Assembly (NCBI GenBank): GCA_051252375.1
Contig: JBPOFY010000003.1
Location: 288,001-352,000 of the forward strand
Direction: 5' to 3'
Source: Opitutaceae bacterium
GTDB taxonomy: Bacteria > Verrucomicrobiota > Verrucomicrobiia > Opitutales > Coraliomargaritaceae
DNA length: 64,000 nt
In this document: positions 50,842-60,495 of the stretch, one piece after another
How positions within the stretch are numbered: the first letter of the stretch is position 1
How the letters are laid out: each line of letters begins with the position of its first letter
Notes under the pieces: generated by a model
Databases searched by the model: none
Told to the model about the DNA's origin: nothing
What the model saw: only the letters and a program-made list of their open reading frames with translations
Position numbers and translations under genes: made by a program

Positions 50842-51138
50842 CGAAGCCGACACCATTGAAGTAATTTGTGATCAAGGATCGCTGTTAGGTCGCATCTTCG
50901 CGGAAGATACTCTGACCTTGAAAGTGATACGGGCTTTTCAAATCAGGAATAATTGTAAGCGGCATAGATGCTTGAAACTGGCAGCTTTAACAGTTGCCCT
51001 GTGATTAGTGATGCTGATTGCGATTATTAGTGCGGCTTTATGCTGCAGTAGATGTTACATTTATGGCAATTCTGTGAAACTAATTATATAATCTATCGAT
51101 AGCTGGACTGAATGGCATTACCTGTAACTACTCACATC

Positions 51139-54100
51139 ATGAACCCTACATCGAATTTGAAATCGGTGGCGGTGGTTCTTCTTTCAATACTTTGGACAAT
51201 GGTCTGCTCCGCGGATGTTCTCATCAGCGAGTTTATGGCAAAAAACGATGCCACTTTGCTTGACGGCGATGGCAACTATTCGGATTGGATCGAACTTTAT
51301 AATACTGGTAGCACCACCGTTGATTTGACGGGGTGGTATCTCAGTGATGATGCGACCGACCTGACCCAGTGGGCATTTCCTTCAAAGAGTATTGCGGCGG
51401 GTGAGTATCTGGTAGTCTTTGCCTCCGGGCAGGCTACGGCGGGCTACACTGATAGCTTGGGATACTTGCATACTAATTTCAAACTAAGCGGAAGCGGCGA
51501 GAGCGTCGTCCTTACACAGTCCAATGGCACAACCGTTGAGCATTCGTTTATAGATTATCCTGAACAAGATGATGACGTATCCTACGGGTTGGCACAGGAT
51601 TCGTCTTACACATCGCTGATTGTGGAAGAGCAGAGTGCGACTGCAATTGCAGGAACATCAGAGCCATCTGCGAGTTGGAACACGGTAAGCTTTGACGATT
51701 CATCATGGCAGTCCGGTGATACCGGAGTTGGTTATGTAGAATTTGGGCCACAAGGCGGGAGTTCCCCCTATAGTTCGATGATCAATTTGGATCTGGGGAG
51801 CACGATGTTTGTCGATACTCGCCCGCCCACTAGCTACGATTCGGCATATATTCGCGTCGATTTCACGGTGGGCGATCCCTCTCTCATTTCACAATTGGTG
51901 CTGCGCATGAAGTATGACGATGGCTTTGTTGCCTACATTAACGGCGTCCAGGTCGCTTCGGCCAATGCCCCCGCATCGCTTAGCTATACCGCATCAGCGA
52001 CTGCTGAACACGACGGCAGCAGCTACGAGGACTTTACCATTCTCAATGCGAGTTCGTATCTTCAAAGCGGCAGCAATGTGCTCGCCATCCATGGTCTGGA
52101 TTATCCAGTTACCGCAGGCCCTGGTGTTGTGTTCGATTTCTTCATTATGCCCGAATTGACGGGTATCACGGTGGGCGATGTTCAGCCCAACGCCGCAATG
52201 TATTTCGAGACACCCACCCCTGATGCCGCTAATGTATTCGGCATATTGGGTTATGTCGGCGATACCACTTTCACTGTTGATCGTGGTTTTTTCTCTGCAG
52301 CCTTCGATGTCGAAATCGCGTGCGACACGGTAGGATCCGACATCTACTATACAGTCGATGGCACCACGCCAGCTACGGATAATGGCACACTCTACACTGG
52401 AGCGATCACTGTCAGTCAAACCACCGTGCTCCGAGCGGCTGCATTTGTGACAGGCTATCAGCCTAGCGATGTCGATACGCAGACCTACATCTTTCTAGAT
52501 GATGTCATCGCACAGGGAACTAGCGTAGGTTCATTGGCTCCAGAATTCCCTGCAAGTGCTGTCAATGGACAGGACTTCGATTATGGGATGGATACCAACG
52601 TCACTCAGAGCGCGACGTATTCGAGTCAAATTGAGGCGGCCATGACGGCGATTCCTTCACTCTCGATTGTGACTGACCCAGACAATCTGTTTGATGCCTC
52701 AACCGGCATCTATGTGAACGCAAGCGAATCAGGTGAGGCTTGGGAGCGAGAAATGTCTGTGGAGCTAATCAACCCAGACGGTAGCGATGGATTTCAGATC
52801 AACGGTGGCATGCGTATTCGTGGTGCCTCGAGCACTACATCGTCCAATCCTAAGCACTCTTTTCGTTTTATGTTTAAATCGGAATATGGCACCACAAAGT
52901 TGAACTACCCATTGTTTGGCGATGAAGGAGCCGACAGCTACAAACGCATGGACTTGCGCACTGGCCAGAATTTCTCTTGGGCGAATCAGACACCACAATA
53001 TGCTACGTGGCTCTACGACATTTTCACTCGTGATAGCCATCGCGACATGAACCAGCCCTATACTCGGGGCGAATACTATCACCTTTATATCAACGGTATG
53101 TATTGGGGGCTTTATCAAACCGAAGAACGTTGTGACTCCCGTTATGCAGCATCCTACTATGGGGGTGACAATGATGACTACGACGCCGTCAAAGCCGATG
53201 CCGATAGCGGTGATATGTATGCGTTGGATGGCACCCGCGACGCCTACGAGGACCTGTGGACAAGTATCACCGCTGGGGTCACTGGGAATGCTAACTACTT
53301 CGCCCTCCAAGGAATGAATTTCGATGGCACGGAAAACAGTAGCGGCACTAAGTTATTGGATGTGGATAACGTGATCGACTACATGCTACTGATCTATTTC
53401 ACCGGCAACCGCGACTCACCTATTGGTCCACCGCACCAGGGAACAATGCCGCGAAATTTGACGACGATCTATAACCGGGCGAATCCTGATGGATTTAAAT
53501 ACGTGGCACACGATAACGAACACTCGCTAGAAGTCAGTCAGGGAGTGAACCATAACCGTTTCAACACATCGCTCGCCAGTTCGTTTGATGGAATCGACCG
53601 TATGACGCCGTGGTGGATGAATTTGGAATTGATGGCAAATGACGAGTATGCACTGCGCTTTGCGGACCATGTTCATGAACATTTTTTCAATAATGGCGAA
53701 CTGACGACCGCACGAACCACCGCACGTATGGAAGCGCGCCGCGATGAAATCTATGCGGCCGTGGTAGCTGAGTCTGCTCGTTGGGGGGATAGTGCAGGCA
53801 CGCTTCGCACTCGGGATGGCGACTGGGAGAGCACGGTCGACTGGCTACTTGATACTTACATGGCACAACGAAGCGCGATCGTTTTGGCACAAATTCAATC
53901 CAAAGGTTGGTATCCTTCAGTCGCCGCACCAGAGTTCAATCAGCACGGTGGTAGCATCGCTTCGGGGTTCTCGCTTTCGATCTCCGGTAGTGGCACGGTC
54001 TACTACACGACTGATGGCTCCGATCCGCGTGAAGTCGGGGGCAATGCAGTGGGGACGACCTATAGCTCTGCCATCACGCTAGATGAATCCACACAGATCA

Positions 54101-56373
54101 AAGCCCGCGTATTGAGTGGCGGCACTTGGAGTGCGCTGACAAAAGCCACCTTTATTCTCAACGAGAGTTCTCCATTGCGGGTTACTGAAATTATGTATCA
54201 CCCTGCGGTCGCGGGTAGTGGAGCCGAAACTGGATACTCGGCTTCCGATTTCGAGTTCATCGAGATTCTAAACACGAGCGCTGAGGCTGTCGGTTTGGCA
54301 GGCACCGAGTTTAATGGTGGTGTTTACTTCGACTTTTCAGCAGGTAGCATCAGCACACTAAATCCCGGTGAATACCTCGTCCTAGTGAGTAACCTCGACG
54401 CCTTCAAAGCCCGCTACACCAACTGGGCAAGCATCAACATCGCAGGAGAATATACCGGCAAGTTCTACATCACTCCAGGGACGCTCGACAACAGCGGTGA
54501 AGCGGTCTCGTTGGTTGATGGCTTCGGGAGTGTGATACTCGATTTTGAATACAATGACTCGTGGTATGCCATTACAGATGGCGAAGGGTATTCTCTGACA
54601 CTGATGGATCCGACGGCTGCAACGACCACTTGGAGCAGCAGTGCTTCTTGGCGAGCGAGTAAATATACTGGCGGCACGCCCGGTGAAGCACCCGAGGATT
54701 TCTTCTCGCCTGACGATATTGTTATCAACGAAGCGCTGACACACCAAGACGACGACACGCCAGGTGACTGGATTGAACTCTATAACAACTCCGACGAAAC
54801 AATCGACATCAACGGTTGGTTCCTTAGCGACGATAATGATAACCTCATGAAAATTGAGTTGAGTGGTCTGTCGACGATTGCACCTGGTGGATATCTCGTG
54901 CTAACCGAGGCTTCACATTTCGGCACGACTGTTGACGCTATCAACGGCTTCGCGTTGAGCGAACTTGGTGAGGCGATCTACCTTTCCTCGGGGGAAAGCA
55001 GCGAGTTGACCGGCTACCGTGTCATCAATTATTTCGGCGCTGCCGAACGTGATGTCACCTTTGGGCGTTATGTGAAAAGCGATGGAACGGCTGATTTTAC
55101 GGCCCAGAGTTCTCAGACGCTTGGCGCAGCGAATGCTTATCCATTGATGGGAGATGTGGCTATTACTGAGGTGATGTATCATCCTTCTGATATAAGTGGA
55201 TACGAATTCATCGAGATTCGCAACACTGGCTCCTCCAGTGTGTCGCTCTACGACTCCACTTATACTACCAACACCTGGAAGCTAGAGGGTGCTGTGGAAT
55301 TTACTTTCCCGGTGGGGCTGACTTTAGATCCTGGCGAATACCTAGTGATCTCCGAAACGGATGAGGCAAGCTTCCGCAGTTACTATACCGTGGATGCAGG
55401 TGTGACTGTGCTTGGTCCGTATACTGGATCTTTGAACAATTCCGGCGAAGACATCTATTTAACCCGCCCTGGAGACCCCGAAGCACTGACCGGTGAAGTG
55501 CCTTACATCGTTGTCGAGCTTGTTGATTATGACGACGCATCACCATGGCCGACTGAAGCCGATGGCGCGGGCTATTCACTGCGCCGCCTTGACGAATTAA
55601 CCTATCCCAACGATTACGTAAACTGGAGCCGAAGTTCGGGGCTGCCTACACCGGGACTCGGTGATACGGCTCTGATTTCTGACTATACTGAGATGACTGT
55701 GGCGGGCACGTTCAATAGCTGGAATGCTTCCGGCGCGAACATGACACTCGTCGACAACTACACTTGGGAGTGGGAGACCACCTTCTCGAGCGAGAGCAGT
55801 GTGGAATTCAAGTTTGCCGCGAATGGATCATGGGATGCCAACTGGGGCGACAGTGCCCCGTCGAGCCTGTCGCTTCCTCTCTCCGGAATCGCTGATTGGT
55901 TCGGATCGGACATCGTGGTTAGCGATACACTCGACGGGAACTACCGATTTACCTTCAACGAGCAAAGTCTGACATATTCGCTGGTAGTCACTGGTTCAGC
56001 AGACGGTGATGGCGACGGTATGAACGACAGTTGGGAAGAATATTACTTCGTAACTACCGACGCCGTGAACGGCGGTCCCTCGGATGACTGGGACGGGGAT
56101 GGCTCTTCAAATCTGAGTGAATACATTGCGGGAACAGACCCGACTGATCCCGCCGACCTCTTTTGTGTGAAGCTATTCTCAATCTCAGGCACCTCGGTTG
56201 ACGTCAGTTGGTCTTCTGTGTCAGGTAAGACGTATGCCATTCAAAAATGCACCGATCTGACCGGCAATTCCTGGGGCAGTATCGTTCCTGGGATCAACGC
56301 AACTTCGCCAACCAACAGCTACAACTTAACGTCAGAAGATACTGAAGCCTTCTTCCGTGTCATCGTGGAATGA
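51139..56373 (+). CDS. Secreted CotH-family kinase with four lamin-tail domains, Fn3-associated domains, a SusE/F-like carbohydrate-binding domain and a C-terminal putative sorting domain
   Basis: Signal peptide from MNPTSN; CotH motifs RIRGASS..PKHSFR, YINGMYWGLYQTEER, GNRD, HDNEHS; LTD starts ISEFMAKN..DWIELYN, VTEIMYHP, INEALTHQ, ITEVMYHP; VAGTFNSWN...EFKFAANGSWDANWG. Confidence 0.88.
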   Translation: MNPTSNLKSVAVVLLSILWTMVCSADVLISEFMAKNDATLLDGDGNYSDWIELYNTGSTTVDLTGWYLSDDATDLTQWAFPSKSIAAGEYLVVFASGQATAGYTDSLGYLHTNFKLSGSGESVVLTQSNGTTVEHSFIDYPEQDDDVSYGLAQDSSYTSLIVEEQSATAIAGTSEPSASWNTVSFDDSSWQSGDTGVGYVEFGPQGGSSPYSSMINLDLGSTMFVDTRPPTSYDSAYIRVDFTVGDPSLISQLVLRMKYDDGFVAYINGVQVASANAPASLSYTASATAEHDGSSYEDFTILNASSYLQSGSNVLAIHGLDYPVTAGPGVVFDFFIMPELTGITVGDVQPNAAMYFETPTPDAANVFGILGYVGDTTFTVDRGFFSAAFDVEIACDTVGSDIYYTVDGTTPATDNGTLYTGAITVSQTTVLRAAAFVTGYQPSDVDTQTYIFLDDVIAQGTSVGSLAPEFPASAVNGQDFDYGMDTNVTQSATYSSQIEAAMTAIPSLSIVTDPDNLFDASTGIYVNASESGEAWEREMSVELINPDGSDGFQINGGMRIRGASSTTSSNPKHSFRFMFKSEYGTTKLNYPLFGDEGADSYKRMDLRTGQNFSWANQTPQYATWLYDIFTRDSHRDMNQPYTRGEYYHLYINGMYWGLYQTEERCDSRYAASYYGGDNDDYDAVKADADSGDMYALDGTRDAYEDLWTSITAGVTGNANYFALQGMNFDGTENSSGTKLLDVDNVIDYMLLIYFTGNRDSPIGPPHQGTMPRNLTTIYNRANPDGFKYVAHDNEHSLEVSQGVNHNRFNTSLASSFDGIDRMTPWWMNLELMANDEYALRFADHVHEHFFNNGELTTARTTARMEARRDEIYAAVVAESARWGDSAGTLRTRDGDWESTVDWLLDTYMAQRSAIVLAQIQSKGWYPSVAAPEFNQHGGSIASGFSLSISGSGTVYYTTDGSDPREVGGNAVGTTYSSAITLDESTQIKARVLSGGTWSALTKATFILNESSPLRVTEIMYHPAVAGSGAETGYSASDFEFIEILNTSAEAVGLAGTEFNGGVYFDFSAGSISTLNPGEYLVLVSNLDAFKARYTNWASINIAGEYTGKFYITPGTLDNSGEAVSLVDGFGSVILDFEYNDSWYAITDGEGYSLTLMDPTAATTTWSSSASWRASKYTGGTPGEAPEDFFSPDDIVINEALTHQDDDTPGDWIELYNNSDETIDINGWFLSDDNDNLMKIELSGLSTIAPGGYLVLTEASHFGTTVDAINGFALSELGEAIYLSSGESSELTGYRVINYFGAAERDVTFGRYVKSDGTADFTAQSSQTLGAANAYPLMGDVAITEVMYHPSDISGYEFIEIRNTGSSSVSLYDSTYTTNTWKLEGAVEFTFPVGLTLDPGEYLVISETDEASFRSYYTVDAGVTVLGPYTGSLNNSGEDIYLTRPGDPEALTGEVPYIVVELVDYDDASPWPTEADGAGYSLRRLDELTYPNDYVNWSRSSGLPTPGLGDTALISDYTEMTVAGTFNSWNASGANMTLVDNYTWEWETTFSSESSVEFKFAANGSWDANWGDSAPSSLSLPLSGIADWFGSDIVVSDTLDGNYRFTFNEQSLTYSLVVTGSADGDGDGMNDSWEEYYFVTTDAVNGGPSDDWDGDGSSNLSEYIAGTDPTDPADLFCVKLFSISGTSVDVSWSSVSGKTYAIQKCTDLTGNSWGSIVPGINATSPTNSYNLTSEDTEAFFRVIVE

Positions 56374-56491
56374 GTGGTCATCGACTCTAGTCGATTTATG
56401 CAAAAGTGCTGGTCTGCTCTAACTCAAATTAGGGGTAGGCCAGTGAGACTGTAAATCTTATGAGAGTGGGGCGTGCGTTGAATCGAGAATG

Positions 56492-57907
56492 CTATTCAGT
56501 GCTCCAAATGGGCATGTCTTGTTCGTCTAGCCCGATGCACTGTGGTTGAGCTAAATGTTCGGGTGCTTGCCCCATGCAGAGCATGCGTTGCATCAGACGT
56601 TGGCTGAGTTGCTGCAGGACTTCTGCATTTGCAGGTTCGTTGACGACATTGTGGCATTCCGCAGGATCATTCTCTAGGTCGTAGAGTTCCCAGCAGTCGA
56701 AGGAGTGGGTGCAGAGTTTCCACTTCTTCGTGCGAAGCATGGAGCCGGGTCCGTATTGGCTGGGGCTGTGTGGCGCTCTTAAGTTAACGCCTTTAATTGG
56801 TTGGTCGAGTGGTGACAAATAAGTGCCGCCTTCGGCGAAGACGTCGGCGCGTGCCTGATAGTCGTCCTTAGCCAGTGAATGTGCGCGACTGCCTTCGGGT
56901 TGGGGCACGCCACAAAGATCGAGGATGGTGGCCATCATGTCTTGTGTTTCAACAAAGTCGCTGCTCTCACCGCGCGGAATGCGTCCGCTGGGATCCCACA
57001 GAACGACTGGCACACGCACCATCGAATCATAAAAGGCGGCTAGCTTATGCGTGACACCGTAGTCGCCGAGAAACTCACCGTGGTCACTCCAGAAGAGCAC
57101 GATAGTGGAATCAAGGATGTCGAGTGCCTCGAGCTTATCTAGGACGCGACCTACTTGATCATCCACGTAACGGATCTGGCCGCAATACATGGCCATGGCT
57201 TTTTTGAAATCATCTTCGGTCGCTTCGAGTGAACGGGAGTTTTCCCGCCAATGACTCATACGCTGTGGCTCGCCGGGGGCGGGCTCGCGGCGAAAGTTCT
57301 CCGGTAGCTCGAACTGGTCGGGCGAGAACATCGAGGCGTAGGGCTCTGGAGCGGTGAAGTAGGGGTGAGGGTCCTGGTAGTTCAGGCTCAGGAAGAAGGG
57401 CTCGCCAGTGGCATTGCGGCGGTCGATGTAATCCAAGCCGGCGGTAGTGAAGCGCTCAGTGACATTCCAAGGGCTGTCGTCCGCCAGTGTGCCAGAGCTC
57501 CAGCTGCGCACGTAGTCCGGATGGTCGTCCATATTACCGAGGCAGTAATCTTCGCCTTCGTCGTAGTGTAGACCGATGGCGTCTTCGACGATGACATGCT
57601 GCTTGCCAAAGAGTGCGCGATGATAGCCAGCTTGCTTTAGCTGTTGTAAGACGTTTGGGCTGGCGGGTTCTAGGTTGCCGCCGTAATCACGCACACCGTG
57701 CTCGCAAGGGTATTGACCGGTCAACATGGAGCTGCGACTGGGACCACACATCGGCGAAGGGCAAAACGCGTGGTTGAAATTGGTGCCCATCTTCGCGAGT
57801 CGCGAGAGATGCTTTGTCTCGATAAAGGGATGCCCATTCGGCGTCATATAATCCCAACGCATTTGGTCGGGGTTAATGAGGACGATGTTGTATTGCTTGT
57901 GAGTCAT
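56492..57907 (-). CDS. S1 sulfatase (choline-sulfatase-like), no signal peptide
   Basis: NIVLINPDQMR, CGPSRSSMLTG, QDPHPY, WSDHGEFLG, ELYDLENDP. Confidence 0.92.
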   Translation of the reverse strand: MTHKQYNIVLINPDQMRWDYMTPNGHPFIETKHLSRLAKMGTNFNHAFCPSPMCGPSRSSMLTGQYPCEHGVRDYGGNLEPASPNVLQQLKQAGYHRALFGKQHVIVEDAIGLHYDEGEDYCLGNMDDHPDYVRSWSSGTLADDSPWNVTERFTTAGLDYIDRRNATGEPFFLSLNYQDPHPYFTAPEPYASMFSPDQFELPENFRREPAPGEPQRMSHWRENSRSLEATEDDFKKAMAMYCGQIRYVDDQVGRVLDKLEALDILDSTIVLFWSDHGEFLGDYGVTHKLAAFYDSMVRVPVVLWDPSGRIPRGESSDFVETQDMMATILDLCGVPQPEGSRAHSLAKDDYQARADVFAEGGTYLSPLDQPIKGVNLRAPHSPSQYGPGSMLRTKKWKLCTHSFDCWELYDLENDPAECHNVVNEPANAEVLQQLSQRLMQRMLCMGQAPEHLAQPQCIGLDEQDMPIWSTE

Positions 57908-57920
57908 TTTAACTAGCGCT

Positions 57921-58130
57921 CTAAAATAAAGGGTAGAGGAATGGGGCTATGGCGGAACCGCTGAGCATGACGAGTAGTCCAAGTAGTAGTAAGATGATGA
58001 TAATGGGCAGCATCCACCATTTTTTGTTGTGGCGAAGAAAGTGTAGGAACTCGGTTATGATGTTGCCGCGCTTTTGGGCGGCCTCGTCGAGAAAGGTCTC
58101 TTTCTGTGATGGCTTTTGAGGGGCTGACAT
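57921..58130 (-). CDS. DUF5989 (SxtK-like) small membrane protein
   Basis: EFLHFLRHNKKWWMLPIIIILLLLG...IAPFLYPLF; canonical position after the SxtJ-like gene. Confidence 0.88.
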   Translation of the reverse strand: MSAPQKPSQKETFLDEAAQKRGNIITEFLHFLRHNKKWWMLPIIIILLLLGLLVMLSGSAIAPFLYPLF

Positions 58131-58147
58131 AAGGTTCCTTTGGTGGG

Positions 58148-58567
58148 CTAGAATTGTTTAAAGTAGCGTTCGACACTGTCGTTGCGGGGGTGGTCTGACC
58201 AATAGCTTTCGCATTTCGGGTCCCAACGTCGGTGTAAGGCGTCGCGACCGAGCAGGCGAAAGACCAGTGCCAGTGGTGTGATGATACCGAAGAAAAAGAG
58301 GAGCATAATTAAATGACTGATCACCCATCCGATGGGGAAGCCGATGAGAGTCAAAGTGAGGTAGACTGGTTTTACGAGCTTGGGCGACAGTTTGCTGAGT
58401 ATGAAGATCAGTATGCCGACAATACAAATAGCCGAGAGGACGGGCATGGGCAGATCAAAACGCCACCGTAGCAGGCAAGCGATTAGCAGCAGCATGATTG
58501 GAGCGATTTGCCCAAACTGTCGCAGCTTTCCCTCTGTAGGGTTCATGTCTAATTGCACCATCGCCAT
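58148..58567 (-). CDS. SxtJ-family membrane protein
   Basis: LRQFG, PIGWVISHLIMLLFFFGIITPLALVFRLLGRDAL, SYW...YFKQF. Confidence 0.88.
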   Translation of the reverse strand: MAMVQLDMNPTEGKLRQFGQIAPIMLLLIACLLRWRFDLPMPVLSAICIVGILIFILSKLSPKLVKPVYLTLTLIGFPIGWVISHLIMLLFFFGIITPLALVFRLLGRDALHRRWDPKCESYWSDHPRNDSVERYFKQF

Positions 58568-58579
58568 TATAGTAATTCC

Positions 58580-60448
58580 TTAATCGAGTTGAAATTTGTT
58601 AAGATGTTGATCCGCCTCATTATTCTCCGTGACGGGTTGATCCTCTTTCAGTAACACGCAGTTCTCCAATACGAGGACATCCATTTCGGTCGCCATGAAG
58701 CACTGCCAGGCATTCTCTGGAGTGCAAACAATCGGTTCGCCACGAACATTGAAGCTGGTGTTGATGACCAAGGGGCAACCGCTTTTCGTCTCGAACCGTT
58801 TAATTAGGTGATAATAGCGTCCATGTCGGATTGGGTCCACGGTCTGGACGCGGGCAGAATGATCCACATGGGTGACGCTGGGTATTGAACTACGTTGAAC
58901 ATTGAGTAAATCGAAGCCATTCAATCCGTTCTGCTCTGTAGTGCTTGTATCGATACGTTTACTTTCATCGATTGGAGCCACCAGTAGCATGTAGGGGCTG
59001 TCGCAACCATCGCCTAGATTGAAATATTCGCTGGCGCGTTCTTGAATGACACTCGGGGCAAAGGGACGGAAGGATTCGCGGTATTTGATTTTTAAATTCA
59101 TGCGAGATTGCATATCCGAGCTACGGGGATCGCCAATAATGCTACGTGAACCAAGCGCACGAGGACCGAATTCCATCTTTCCTTGGAACCAGCCGACCAC
59201 TTTTTCTTGTAGAATGGCATCTGACACGACTTCAAGCAGTTCGTCTTCGTTATCAATTGAGCGATAGACGGCTGTGGTTGAATCGAGAAAATCTTTGACT
59301 TGGTCGTTGGAGTAGACGGGTCCAAGTAGTGATCCACGCTGCATGTCCGAGTCCTGATTTACGGTGCGTTCATTCTCCATGAGCTGGTGCCAGACGAGTA
59401 AGGCGGCGCCCAGTGCAGCGCCGGCATCACCTGCGGCTGGCTGAATCCAAATGTTCTCAAAGGGTCCTTCTCGCTGAATGCGACCATTGCCGACACAGTT
59501 GAGGGCGACACCTCCGGCGAGCACGAGATTGCGCTTACCTGTGAGGCGGTGCGCATGGTTTACCATCCGTAACATAATCTCCTCTGTGACCTTTTGGATG
59601 GATGCGGCGATATCCATGTGTTGCTGAGTCAGTGGCGTTTCCGGTTCACGACGTGGAACTTTGAAGAGTTCCTCGAATTTGCCACTAGTCATCACGTCCG
59701 AGTCACAATAGGAAAAGTAGTCCATATTCAGACGGAAGGAGCCATCCTCTTTGAGGTCCAGTAGCTCCGTCATGATACGGTCGTAGTGCACCGGTTTACC
59801 GTAAGGTGCTAGACCCATTAACTTGTATTCGCCAGAGTTCACCCGGAAGCCGCAGAAATAGGTGAAGGCTGAATAGAGCAGACCCAGAGAGTGGGGGAAC
59901 CGTAGCTCCTGCAGAAGTTCGACTTGGTTTCCCTTTCCAATGCCGACGCTAGCGGTGGCCCATTCGCCCACACCATCCATCGTGACTATGGCAGCTTCTT
60001 CAAAGGGAGATGGCAGGAACGCACTGGCGGCATGTGATTCGTGGTGTCCACAAAAGAGATAGCGTCCTTTGTATTTATGGTTGAGTGCTGCGTCGAGCTC
60101 GCGGGGTAAGTGGAGCTTCTGCTTCAACCACAGAGGGATGCTCATCAAGAACTGTTTAAAGCCTCTAGGTGCGTAACTGATGTAGGTTTCGAGTAGTCGT
60201 TCAAAGCGCAACAAGGGCTTTTCATAAAAGACCACGTGGTCGATTTGGCTTTCGTTGATTCCTGCCTCTTCTAGGCAATATCGAACTGCTTGAGTTGGAA
60301 ACCTGTAGTCGTGCTTCTTACGTGTGAAACGTTCTTCCTGAGCAGCAGCGACGATATGACCATCTTTCAACAATGCCGCAGCACTGTCGTGATAATAAGC
60401 CGATATCCCTAAGATATAAACAGGCGTCTCTATGGAGCTCGTTCTCAT
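58580..60448 (-). CDS. O-carbamoyltransferase (NodU/CmcH/SxtI family)
   Basis: ILGISAYYHDSAAAL..AAAQEERFTRKKHD, HHESHAASAF, DGVGE, GEYKLMGLAPYG, AGGVALNCVGN, GPRALGSRSI, NTSFNVRGEP. Confidence 0.95.
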   Translation of the reverse strand: MRTSSIETPVYILGISAYYHDSAAALLKDGHIVAAAQEERFTRKKHDYRFPTQAVRYCLEEAGINESQIDHVVFYEKPLLRFERLLETYISYAPRGFKQFLMSIPLWLKQKLHLPRELDAALNHKYKGRYLFCGHHESHAASAFLPSPFEEAAIVTMDGVGEWATASVGIGKGNQVELLQELRFPHSLGLLYSAFTYFCGFRVNSGEYKLMGLAPYGKPVHYDRIMTELLDLKEDGSFRLNMDYFSYCDSDVMTSGKFEELFKVPRREPETPLTQQHMDIAASIQKVTEEIMLRMVNHAHRLTGKRNLVLAGGVALNCVGNGRIQREGPFENIWIQPAAGDAGAALGAALLVWHQLMENERTVNQDSDMQRGSLLGPVYSNDQVKDFLDSTTAVYRSIDNEDELLEVVSDAILQEKVVGWFQGKMEFGPRALGSRSIIGDPRSSDMQSRMNLKIKYRESFRPFAPSVIQERASEYFNLGDGCDSPYMLLVAPIDESKRIDTSTTEQNGLNGFDLLNVQRSSIPSVTHVDHSARVQTVDPIRHGRYYHLIKRFETKSGCPLVINTSFNVRGEPIVCTPENAWQCFMATEMDVLVLENCVLLKEDQPVTENNEADQHLNKFQLD

Positions 60449-60495
60449 TGAGTCACTTCAAATGTTTTTGTCTTCTTGGTCGCCACAGTGTTGTT

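Noticed and set aside
50978..50997. Sigma-54 promoter (tggca...ttgc) upstream of CotH
   Set aside because: GG-to-GC spacing is 4 nt longer than the strict -24/-12 consensus.
51139..56373. Evidence of sporulation (spore coat protein CotH)
   Set aside because: CotH kinase domains are widespread; here it carries a signal peptide and LTDs in a diderm context with no sporulation genes.
57913..58176. 87-aa alternative-frame ORF
   Set aside because: Overlaps the well-supported DUF5989 frame (57921..58130).
57921..60448. Saxitoxin biosynthesis
   Set aside because: Only sxtI/J/K-like genes are present; no sxtA, sxtG or other core genes, and this trio is widespread outside toxin producers.
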